This document shows, in pieces, positions 7,913 through 16,537 of a DNA stretch of 31,304 nucleotides. The stretch's first letter is position 1, and every line of letters begins with the position of its first letter. The notes below the pieces were generated by a model. It did no database searches. It had not been told where the DNA came from and saw only the letters and a program-made list of their open reading frames with translations. This DNA is from an uncultured Peptococcaceae bacterium (GTDB lineage Bacteria > Bacillota > Desulfotomaculia > Desulfotomaculales > Desulfocucumaceae), in assembly GCA_964448915.1 (NCBI GenBank), contig CAYUXS010000001.1, positions 34,940-66,243 on the forward strand, in the 5' to 3' direction. The position numbers and the translations under genes are program-made.

Positions 7913-8674
7913 CTACGCCCTGTAGATTTTATTTACAGTAAACCCAGTTAGCCGGGATAGTTGTCTTAATGAGCTTCCCTTTAACTTCTTTGCATACTTT
8001 AAAACTTCTGTCTGAATTCCTGGATCCTCATTTTGCAGTACCGCTAATTCAATTTTATACTTGTCCAACACTAACTGCCTGATCTCTTTGTCGGAAATAG
8101 TTTTCCTTAAAGGGGTCATTTCTAAGCACTGATCATCATTTTCCGCCATATTAAAATCTTTAAACCTTTTTATAGCCTCGTCCCTATCTTCCGCAAACAT
8201 TGCTAAAGCATAGTCTGTATTTACAATCTTTGCTTTTGTCATATATTCTATATAACTACTCCATCTATATGAGGCAATGTTATTAACCAAACCTGCTTTT
8301 AACGGATTCTGATGTATGTATCTTAATACTGTTAAAAAGTAAGTTTCATCTTCTATTGGTTCACTTTTATATCTATCCTGAAACAAGTGCCCCTTTCTGT
8401 TATACTGCCAATTATACCAGTACACATAACTTGCACCTATACGCCTCATGCTATTTGCCAGTTCATCATTTCCTTCCTTCACCAGCAAGTGAACATGATT
8501 GCCCATGAGACAGTAGGCGTATATTTCGAATTCATTCTCTTTCTGATATTTAGCAAGTATATCAATAAATTTTTCATTATCCTCATCATTTACAAATATA
8601 TTTTGCTGGTTTATACCCCTTACCATTACATGGTATATATTAGTTTTACTTTTCTTTCTCGCTATTCTTGGCAA
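7913..8674 (-). mobile_element. REP-associated tyrosine transposase (RAYT)/IS200-like Y1 HUH transposase
   Basis: YHVMVRGINQQNIF, HUH motif MGNHVHLL, GHLFQDRYKS, YIHQNP, WSSY and an HTH-like C-terminal tail. TTG start after GCGGGGTGG. Flanked by inverted REP-like repeats. Confidence 0.9.
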
Positions 8675-8721
8675 AAAAAACCACCCCGCTGATAGTGTAT
8701 TATAATAGCCTGGGTAACGTC

Positions 8722-8785
8722 AAATAGAGAACCGTTCCTATTTACCTTACCTGCAATGAAACAGAGAACCGTCCCCTGTTCTATT
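8722..8785 (-). repeat. REP-like repeats (2 copies, inverted orientation) upstream of the transposase
   Basis: GAGAACCGTCCCCTGTTCTATT (8764-8785) is the exact reverse complement of 7833-7854. A degenerate hairpin copy AAATAGAGAACCGTTCCTATTT lies at 8722-8743. Confidence 0.9.
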
Positions 8786-8858
8786 TTGAAAATTGTACTA
8801 AAGTGGGAAATAATTCCACCCGAACATTTAATTAATAACAAAAATTTGAGGTGGTTTT

Positions 8859-9964
8859 TTGAGTGCCAAGATACTGGAAGACAGAAAAATTTCTTTGGGT
8901 TCTGAGGGCAAAAACAATCGTAAATATCTCTTACTTGCCTCATACACTTTTTCTGCCTTAATAGCGGTCATCGTTTATTTTACCGGAGGGACCACAAAAG
9001 TATATACAAATTTAATGTACATACCTATTGCCATAGTTGCATCAACAAACGGCAAAAAACAAGGTGTTATACTCGCAGTGGTAAGCGGATTGGCTTTAGG
9101 GCCTTTTATGCCTTTAGATGTGGCGTCAAATATAAGCCAGGACTTTATAAATTGGGTATTGAGGTTATTAATATATTCAACTATTGCATATGTGATTGGT
9201 TTCTTTTCGGAGTATTATAAGCAAGAGTATGAAAATACCATTAAAAAAGATAAAGAGCTAAGTGAAGCACAAATGGCCACTATCTACTCTTTAGTAAAAT
9301 TATCAGAATCCCGGGATTACGAAACAGGTGCACATATTGAGAGGGTAGCTTCGTATTGCAAACTCTTGGCTCATAAACTTCGCGATATACCCAAATACAA
9401 AAATTATATAATGATGACTATGTTGAAAATATGGCCAAGGCCAGTACATTACATGATATCGGCAAAGTAGGCATACCGGATAGTATCTTACATAAACCCG
9501 GCAAACTTACTTCGCAAGAATTCGAGATTATGAAAAACCATACAAATATTGGGGCTAATACTTTACTGGAAGTCAAGAAAAAATATCCGGACAGCAAATT
9601 TTTGGAGCTTGGAATTAATATTACTCTTTATCATCATGAAAAGTGGGATGGCAGTGGATATCCCCATGGGTTACGCGGGGAAAATATTCCATTATCGGCA
9701 AGAATTATGGCTATTGCAGACGCTTATGATGCATTAAGATCAAAGAGGGTTTACAAAGAAGCTTATTCCCATGAAAAAAGCCTGGAAATTATCAAGCAAG
9801 GTAAAGGTACCCATTTCGATCCTGAAATTGTAGATGTTTTTATCGAGAATGAAGCAGAGTTTAACAATATTTTTAATAATTTAGACAGTAGAACAGGAGA
9901 ACAGGATATAACTATAAATCAAAAAAACCCCCTCCTAAAAATTGCAGAGGGAGTTATTAATTAA
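8859..9964 (+). pseudogene. Membrane-anchored HD-GYP domain protein (putative c-di-GMP phosphodiesterase), frameshifted near 9410
   Basis: N-terminal TM domain, then ESRDYETGAHIERV. Restoring one A at ATAAT (9408-9412) gives YINDDYVENMAKASTLHDIGK and joins the two track ORFs. HHEKWDGSGYPHGL motif intact. Confidence 0.85.
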
Positions 9965-9966
9965 AA

Positions 9967-10116
9967 TTAATTCTTACTTTTCGCATATTCAATGGTTTCA
10001 TGAAGTGACTGTAATGAATTTTTCACATTGCGAAGTGATTGTGCGAAAGAAACTAACGACTTACTATAAAATACAAGTGCATCTGAGATTTCTTTTTGGC
10101 CCGTTTTAACCTTCAT
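9967..10116 (-). CDS. Unannotated 49-aa helical protein MKVKTGQKEISDALVFYSKSLVSFAQSLRNVKNSLQSLHETIEYAKSKN
   Basis: ATG at 10116-10114 preceded by GAAGGGGG. Ends 2 nt from the convergent HD-GYP stop. Heptad-like hydrophobic pattern. Confidence 0.5.
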   Translation of the reverse strand: MKVKTGQKEISDALVFYSKSLVSFAQSLRNVKNSLQSLHETIEYAKSKN

Positions 10117-10248
10117 TACATCCAGCCCCCTTCAGCTTTTTATCATAATATTCGGAATATTGCCACAAAACAATAAATTTTTCGCTAATTGTCAAATAAT
10201 AGGGTTTAACGGTCTACTGGTAAACTTATAGGCTTAAATAGTATTTAA

Positions 10249-10285
10249 GGCAAGCAATCCTCCCATTTAGGGAGAATTACTTGCC
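10249..10285. terminator. Hairpin downstream of cysN, probable operon terminator
   Basis: GGCAAGcAATcCTCCC-ATTTA-GGGAGaATTaCTTGCC imperfect stem. No strong U tail on the minus strand. Confidence 0.5.
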
Positions 10286-10319
10286 CTGGTTGTAAAAAAA
10301 AAAGAATTATTTTTTTGTA

Positions 10320-12128
10320 TTACAAGTAATACTCAAGTATTATTTCCTGCTTCTTTAGCAGTTCACAAACTGCATCTACTGCACCTTCAAAATTATTTAT
10401 GTCATCAATACTGGCATCCGGTTTAAAGTTGCTGAAAGGCGATTCACCAGTATTGATAATTAAAATCTCATTTGGTTGATTTAATAATTTAAGCATTTCA
10501 GCTTCATAATCGTCCAGGTTAAATATTGAAGTAATGAAAATCTGCCCCGAATCAGTAAATATTCTTGCAAGCTCGCCAATCTGCCTTATTTGATGATCTC
10601 TTCCTTCAGTATCAGGTGTAAAATCATAACTTAGTCCATGAACAAGACTTGAAACTCCGAGATAGTACGCCTTATATCTCATCTTGAAAAGTCTTTTTTC
10701 CAGTAACTTTGCTATATCCTGTATAGTATTTTCATATCCAAGGCTGCCGGATGTAATAACTATAAATTTCGATTTATGCCCGTATCCGGCACTTCTTTCA
10801 TCTGCTGAGATCAATCCTTTTTCCCATAAAAATTCCCTGTCTTTGACATGATCAATCAAGGTATTGTCGTCATCTGGAACGCTTTCTAAAATAATTCCCC
10901 CACCTGATATTTCATAGTTATCAACAATTACAAACCTTCCAGTTTGCTCAATTTCGGAAACGGCGTCAAAAGCAATGGGCTTTGCAGTTTCCAATATGCA
11001 CTCCGCAACATCATGTCTTTCCACCTGATCCTTATAAGTTTCAATATTTAACCCTGCCGCATCAATTATATTTAATATTTCGATAAGCTTTACTCGAACT
11101 CTCGCCGTACCTATTTTAAGTTTATAATTTTTATTTTTTATTAAGGGTGCCTTGCCAACCCAAAAGATATTTGCTTTAAAGCGGGAGCTTACAATTGGCG
11201 GCTTTTCATCCGCTTTAACCATAAGCTCTCCAGGTTTAATGTAGATTTGGGTTTCCAGCGTGACTCCTATTGCTTCGCCGGCATATGCAGTATCTCTGGG
11301 TTTAACATTAAACCTTTCAATACTCTTAATGATGCTTCTCTTATTTGAGGGTAAAAAAACAACCTCATCCCCTGTATTGATCACACCACTTAAAACCGTA
11401 CCTGCTACAATCCGTCTATCATCCCCTTCCTTGGTAAACTTGTAGATATCCTGAACAGGCATACGAACCGGAAGCTCTATATTTTTCTTTTTGTTAGTAA
11501 AACCATCTAATTGTTCTAAAACAGTTGGGCCGTTATACCATTTTAGATTGCCGGATCTGCTTGCAATATTATCTCCACCAAAAGCACTGATAGGTATAAA
11601 ATTAAGCGGCCTGATATTCACTTTATCCAAAAATCCAGCAAACTCATTGCGTATGGAATTAAATACACTCTCCTGAAAGCCCACAAGATCCATTTTATTA
11701 ACCAGTACAACAACCTGCTTAATTCCCAGCATGGAAACTATATGGCCATGTCTTTTGGAATTTTCCTTTATCCCTTCCTTGGCGTCTATAACCAAAAGTG
11801 CAGCCTCGGCTCTTGATGCTCCCGTAACCATATTTTTTAAAAATTCTATATGTCCGGGTGCATCAATAATAATGTAATCTCGTTTTTTAGTATTAAAAAA
11901 GCATCTCGCAGTATCAATGGTAATCCCTTGTGCTTGCTCGTCCTTTAACGCATCAAGAAGAAATGCATATTCAAAGGGTTTCGAATTTTTACGGCAATAT
12001 TCTTTTACCAATTCCAATTTTCCCTCAGGGAGAGAACCGGTATCCGCCAGAAGCCTGCCTATTACAGTACTTTTGCCGTGGTCCACATGCCCGACAATAA
12101 CAATGTTCATCTGTTCCCTGGTTTCCAT
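10320..12128 (-). CDS. cysN: Sulfate adenylyltransferase large subunit (EF-Tu-like GTPase) with a degenerate C-terminal APS-kinase-like domain
   Basis: [29 protein letters not shown]. The C-terminal domain lacks a P-loop. Confidence 0.93.
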   Translation of the reverse strand: METREQMNIVIVGHVDHGKSTVIGRLLADTGSLPEGKLELVKEYCRKNSKPFEYAFLLDALKDEQAQGITIDTARCFFNTKKRDYIIIDAPGHIEFLKNMVTGASRAEAALLVIDAKEGIKENSKRHGHIVSMLGIKQVVVLVNKMDLVGFQESVFNSIRNEFAGFLDKVNIRPLNFIPISAFGGDNIASRSGNLKWYNGPTVLEQLDGFTNKKKNIELPVRMPVQDIYKFTKEGDDRRIVAGTVLSGVINTGDEVVFLPSNKRSIIKSIERFNVKPRDTAYAGEAIGVTLETQIYIKPGELMVKADEKPPIVSSRFKANIFWVGKAPLIKNKNYKLKIGTARVRVKLIEILNIIDAAGLNIETYKDQVERHDVAECILETAKPIAFDAVSEIEQTGRFVIVDNYEISGGGIILESVPDDDNTLIDHVKDREFLWEKGLISADERSAGYGHKSKFIVITSGSLGYENTIQDIAKLLEKRLFKMRYKAYYLGVSSLVHGLSYDFTPDTEGRDHQIRQIGELARIFTDSGQIFITSIFNLDDYEAEMLKLLNQPNEILIINTGESPFSNFKPDASIDDINNFEGAVDAVCELLKKQEIILEYYL

Positions 12129-12130
12129 AT

Positions 12131-13012
12131 TTACATGTAACCCCCCCTGCGCAGGGTCTCAAGACCTCCACCATCATCCTTATCCTGGGCACGGCCGGAC
12201 CTTTCAGCTATATTTGAAAACTTGCCGCTTTTTAGCTCTTCAATAATGTCGCTTACATTCTTTGCATCTGAATCTACTGGAAAAGTGCATGGATAACAAC
12301 CTAAAGACCTGTAACGTTTACCATTGCCCTGGTCAAAGTAAAGAGAAGTTACAGGTATATTCTCTCTTTCTATATACTCCCAGATATTTAATTCAGTCCA
12401 ATCTAACAATGGGTGTATCCTGATATGAGTTCCGGGAGCGAAATCCGTCTTGAACTGGTTCCAAAATTCAGGTGGCTGATCCCCGACATCCCAGTCATTT
12501 TCCTTATCTCTTGGAGAAAAATACCTCTCTTTTGAACGGCTTCCCTCCTCATCTGCCCGTACCCCGACAATAACACCGGTATATTTTTCTCTACTTGTAT
12601 CCGGTACATATTTACCAGTTTCATGATCCAAAACATACCGGTTCCATTTTCCTGAAAGGGTATGTTTTAAGGCCTCAGTTTTTAGCGCTTGACAGCAAGT
12701 AAGCCGGTCGACTTTCCCCTCAGGAAAGGTTTCCTTCTTTAACAAAGCATCGCTATTTTCGCCATATATCATGGTAAGATTCCACTTCAGTGCAAGTTCA
12801 TCTCTATATTTAATCATTTCAGGAATTTTATAGTGGGTATCAATGTGTACAAGGGGTATCGGTACATGTCCAAAAAAAGCTTTTCTTGCCAGCCATAGCA
12901 GTACAGTACTGTCTTTACCGATAGACCAGAGCATGCAGATATTTTTAAATTCCCGGTAGGCTTCTCTTAATATATAAACGCTTTGTGCTTCCAACTTATC
13001 AAGATGATTCAT
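12131..13012 (-). CDS. cysD: Sulfate adenylyltransferase subunit 2
   Basis: [11 protein letters not shown]-loop, [34 protein letters not shown]. Likely start ATG 13012 after GGAGGA. Confidence 0.95.
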   Translation of the reverse strand: MNHLDKLEAQSVYILREAYREFKNICMLWSIGKDSTVLLWLARKAFFGHVPIPLVHIDTHYKIPEMIKYRDELALKWNLTMIYGENSDALLKKETFPEGKVDRLTCCQALKTEALKHTLSGKWNRYVLDHETGKYVPDTSREKYTGVIVGVRADEEGSRSKERYFSPRDKENDWDVGDQPPEFWNQFKTDFAPGTHIRIHPLLDWTELNIWEYIERENIPVTSLYFDQGNGKRYRSLGCYPCTFPVDSDAKNVSDIIEELKSGKFSNIAERSGRAQDKDDGGGLETLRRGGYM

Positions 13013-13031
13013 ATTAAATCCTCCAAGGTCT

Positions 13032-13838
13032 TCAGCTTTTGATATGGCAAGATGGAAGTTCATAATCTATCAACTCATTAATTACGGGTTGATTACCACA
13101 AACAGGGCAATTTGTATTTCTATTAACTTTAATATCTCTAAATTTCATCGATAGTGCATCGTATGTCAGTAACCGTCCAACCAAAAGTTCCCCTATACCA
13201 AGCAGATACTTGAGTACTTCTGTTGCCTGGATTAAACCGATTGTTCCAGCCAGGACACCCAACACACCTGCTTGTGAACATGTAGGTACAGCACCTGCAG
13301 GTGGGGGTTCGCCAAATACACAGCGAAAACAAGGCCCCTGGCCCGGGATAATAGTAAAAGCCTGTCCGGAGAATTTTAAAATTCCTCCATGAACAAAAGG
13401 TATTCCGGACATAACACAAGCGTCATTTGTTACGAAACGGGTTGAATAATTATCAGTACCATCCACCACTATGTCATAATCCTTTATGATTTTCATAATA
13501 TTGCCAGCCATAAGTCTTTCTTTATAAGTAACAATATTGCAGTCAGGATTTAGATTTTTAAGCTTTTCTGCTGCCGACTCAACTTTCGGCCGGCCAATAT
13601 CTTTAGTGCTGTGGAGTATTTGTCTTTGCAGGTTACTCAAATCCACTACATCGTCATCTATTATCCCCAGTGTACCAACGCCTGCAGCAGCCAGGTAATA
13701 AGCTACTGGCGAACCAAGACCTCCTGTACCGATAATCAGAACACGTCCATCACAGATTTTTTTCTGCCCTTCTCCCCCGACTTCCGGCAGGATAATGTGT
13801 CTACTGTAACGAATTACCTGTTCTTCATTAAAGTTCAC
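13032..13838 (-). CDS. ThiF/MoeB/HesA (E1-like) sulfur-carrier adenylyltransferase, HcyF-like, no rhodanese domain
   Basis: [34 protein letters not shown], Zn motifs CFRC and CPVC, active-site [10 protein letters not shown]. Confidence 0.93.
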   Translation of the reverse strand: MNFNEEQVIRYSRHIILPEVGGEGQKKICDGRVLIIGTGGLGSPVAYYLAAAGVGTLGIIDDDVVDLSNLQRQILHSTKDIGRPKVESAAEKLKNLNPDCNIVTYKERLMAGNIMKIIKDYDIVVDGTDNYSTRFVTNDACVMSGIPFVHGGILKFSGQAFTIIPGQGPCFRCVFGEPPPAGAVPTCSQAGVLGVLAGTIGLIQATEVLKYLLGIGELLVGRLLTYDALSMKFRDIKVNRNTNCPVCGNQPVINELIDYELPSCHIKS

Positions 13839-14800
13839 TGCCTTACACCCCTTCTCTTTAAGTCCAGGCGAAAATACGGCTCCATACTAAAGTACCTTTC
13901 ACCCGAATCTGGGAAAATGGTAACAACACGCTTTCCGGGACCCAACTCCCCGGCCACCTTCAAAGATGCAGAAAGGGCGGCCCCCGACGAAATCCCTGCG
14001 GAGATTCCTTGTTTCCTGGCTAATTCCCGGGAAAGAATATATGCTTCACTGTCATCTACACTAATAATCCTGTCTATTACCTTAAGATTTAAGGTTTCAG
14101 GTATAAAGCCGGCGCCAATTCCCTGAATTCTATGCGGCCCCGGCTTTCCGCCGGACAATACCGGCGACTGGGCAGGTTCAACACCAATGATGCGAACCCC
14201 TGGAATTTCTTTTTTTAAAACCTCTCCAACCCCACTGATGGTACCCCCGCTTCCAATGCCTGCCACAAAAGCATCTATTTTCCCGCCGGTTTGTTCCAGT
14301 ATTTCTTTAGCTGTGGTAAGCTGGTGTGCTTCCGGATTTGCAGGGTTGCTAAACTGCCTTGGCATATAATAATCAGGATTTTCGGCAAGGATTTTTTCTG
14401 CTTTTAAGACGGATTCTCTCATCCCGGCGGGATTTGGAATAAGAACTAGGCTGGCCCCGTAAGCTTCCAAAATCAACTTCCGTTCACTGCTCATTGTCTC
14501 GGGCATTACTAGGATTAGTCGATAACCCCTGGCGGCTGAAACCATCGCCAGTCCTATTCCGGTATTGCCGCTAGTCGCTTCAATAATAACCCCGCCGGGT
14601 TTAAGGAAACCTGATTTTTCGGCATTTTTCACCATGTGTAAAGCAATCCGATCCTTTATACTTCCACCGGGGTTAAACATCTCCAATTTAGCAAAAACGG
14701 ATGCGGAGTCTTTATTAGATACTGATATTTCTACCATGGGGGTATTACCTATTAAACTTGTTATATCACCATCAATTTTATTGACTAACTTGCCAGTCAT
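13835..14800 (-). CDS. cysK: Cysteine synthase (O-acetylserine sulfhydrylase, CysK-like)
   Basis: PLP lysine motif NPGGSIKDRIA, EATSGNTGIGLA, GIGSGGT, HRIQGIGAG. Likely start ATG 14800 after GGAGGT. Confidence 0.92.
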   Translation of the reverse strand: MTGKLVNKIDGDITSLIGNTPMVEISVSNKDSASVFAKLEMFNPGGSIKDRIALHMVKNAEKSGFLKPGGVIIEATSGNTGIGLAMVSAARGYRLILVMPETMSSERKLILEAYGASLVLIPNPAGMRESVLKAEKILAENPDYYMPRQFSNPANPEAHQLTTAKEILEQTGGKIDAFVAGIGSGGTISGVGEVLKKEIPGVRIIGVEPAQSPVLSGGKPGPHRIQGIGAGFIPETLNLKVIDRIISVDDSEAYILSRELARKQGISAGISSGAALSASLKVAGELGPGKRVVTIFPDSGERYFSMEPYFRLDLKRRGVRQ

Positions 14801-14804
14801 GAAA

Positions 14805-15008
14805 TTAATGACCTCCACCCATAAAAAAAAGTATATCGATGGAGTCTCCGTCTTTAATAATTGTTGTCTGGAAAGAATCCTTTTCCACAATCGAACCATT
14901 TAAACTTATATTGATCATTTCCGGGCTAAACCCATATTCTGTGATCAGTTCCAAAAGCGTATATTCTTTATTTAGCACTTCCTTGTCTCCATTAAGATAG
15001 ATTTCCAT
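14805..15008 (-). CDS. thiS: ThiS/MoaD-family sulfur carrier protein (HcyS-like) ending ...FFMGGGH
   Basis: 67 aa beta-grasp pattern (MEIYLNG...LNGSIV...IKDGDSIDIL) with a Gly-rich C-terminus and one residue after the GG. Confidence 0.9.
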   Translation of the reverse strand: MEIYLNGDKEVLNKEYTLLELITEYGFSPEMINISLNGSIVEKDSFQTTIIKDGDSIDILFFMGGGH

Positions 15009-15010
15009 GT

Positions 15011-15250
15011 TTACTCCCCCTTTTCAATCAATAACTTGTACTTTTCTCCAAGTTTTTCTACCCTAATTATTTTATGCCCCTCATCTTTAACACTGCGGGG
15101 AACATTTTTAATCGGCTCCCCGGAATTAAGTATTACTTCAAGAACTTCCCCTTTTTTCATCTGCTCCAACTTTAGATTGGTTTTTACAAAAGTAATTGGG
15201 CAGACATCTGAAGTAATATCCAGTGTGGAACTTATTTTAATTTCATTCAC
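15011..15250 (-). CDS. TusA/SirA-family sulfurtransferase
   Basis: LDITSDVCPITFVKT (LD..G..CP-type motif), GEVLEVIL, NVPRSV. Confidence 0.9.
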   Translation of the reverse strand: MNEIKISSTLDITSDVCPITFVKTNLKLEQMKKGEVLEVILNSGEPIKNVPRSVKDEGHKIIRVEKLGEKYKLLIEKGE

Positions 15251-15284
15251 AGCAATCGCCCCATTTTTTTAGAACTTTTTTATA

Positions 15285-16133
15285 TCAGATTTCCATCTTT
15301 TCTTTAAAAGCATCCACACCTACCCTGGCAATGGTGTCAGCAATCCGCTCACCTTGGGTCGATAATTTTTCATAAGCCATTAGGACCTTATTAACAACCT
15401 CAATTATTTCATTTTGTTGTACGAATTTTATTAACACCTGACCTAAGCATGGCTTTCGGCCAATTTTGCCCCCTGCATACAGCAGATATCCCCTTCTTTT
15501 TTCTTTCCATGCATCAACCGGACAGGAAAATATGCAGTTTCCTTCCATAAGGCATTTAGACTCATCTCTTTCCGGTTTACCCTTAATCATCGTTATTGCC
15601 TTGCTGGGGCAGACTTTTTCACAAATAGCACAACCTATACATTTCTCCTCATCCAGAATAGGCTCAATTACCCCGAGTAAGCCAATATCGTTTTCCTGGG
15701 GCTTGGCGCAGGAATTTGGGCAACCCGAAACTGCTATTTTAGTCTTCATGGGTACCTGGCGTCCAAAAAAAGCTTTATCCAATTCTATGGCTGCTTCTCT
15801 CGTATTCATGAGACCGGAGGAACAAACCTCAATCCCCGGGCAAGCAACCACCGACCTGATACGAGGGCCGCATGTGCCGGTATGAAGACCCAGCTTCTTT
15901 ATTTCCTCACTCATTTTTTCATAATCGTTAATGTTTACCCAGGGAATTTCGGTTCCTTGCCTGGTTGTAACATGAACGTATCCCTTACCATATTTTTCAG
16001 CAAGATCAGCCAGTTGTCTCAAATTCTCACTGGTTAAATTCCCTGCAAGACTTCGAAAACGAACTATAAAAGTGTCTTTTTGTTTTTGCTTTAAAAAACC
16101 GCCCTTTTTTAAATCGTCATAGTTAATAGCCAT
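15285..16133 (-). CDS. Small siroheme sulfite/nitrite reductase with an inserted ferredoxin domain (AsrC/Sir-like)
   Basis: HVTTRQ, siroheme-[4Fe-4S] ligands CPGIEVC and GCPNSC, ferredoxin motifs CIGCAICEKVCP and CLMEGNCIFSCP. Confidence 0.9.
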   Translation of the reverse strand: MAINYDDLKKGGFLKQKQKDTFIVRFRSLAGNLTSENLRQLADLAEKYGKGYVHVTTRQGTEIPWVNINDYEKMSEEIKKLGLHTGTCGPRIRSVVACPGIEVCSSGLMNTREAAIELDKAFFGRQVPMKTKIAVSGCPNSCAKPQENDIGLLGVIEPILDEEKCIGCAICEKVCPSKAITMIKGKPERDESKCLMEGNCIFSCPVDAWKEKRRGYLLYAGGKIGRKPCLGQVLIKFVQQNEIIEVVNKVLMAYEKLSTQGERIADTIARVGVDAFKEKMEI

Positions 16134-16151
16134 ATCTTTACTCCTAAATAT

Positions 16152-16490
16152 TTAATCATTTTTAATTTTCATAGAGTTGTGGACCTTTATCGAAAATTCT
16201 TCTTTCTTCCCGTCAAATCTATTTAACTTCCATACAACCGTCTCACCAATAGCCCGGGCGGTAAGGGTAGATCCCCTACCGCCGATTTGTATTGGCAAAA
16301 ACATTTCAATAGCCTGGCGAGGACATTCTTTTATACAAGCTGCACAATCCCAGCAATCATTGGGGTCTCTGATGCTGCATTTCCCGTTTGCACCTTTGTA
16401 CAATAAATCCCCGGGGCATACTGCAACACACCTTGCTTCTTTCATCTTCCCGCAGCCGTTGCACAGGGTACTATTGATCCTTACAGCCAT
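16152..16490 (-). CDS. aprB: APS reductase beta-subunit-like 2x[4Fe-4S] ferredoxin
   Basis: CNGC...CVAVCP and CWDCAACIKECP. Directly downstream of the AprA-like gene. Confidence 0.8.
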   Translation of the reverse strand: MAVRINSTLCNGCGKMKEARCVAVCPGDLLYKGANGKCSIRDPNDCWDCAACIKECPRQAIEMFLPIQIGGRGSTLTARAIGETVVWKLNRFDGKKEEFSIKVHNSMKIKND

Positions 16491-16537
16491 ACCACTACAC
16501 CATCCTGACTTTCTTGCTAAAAGTCCTACCTAATTCG

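Noticed and set aside
7833-8785. Classical DDE insertion sequence with terminal inverted repeats
   Set aside because: The enzyme is an HUH/Y1 protein and there is no target-site duplication at the flanks.
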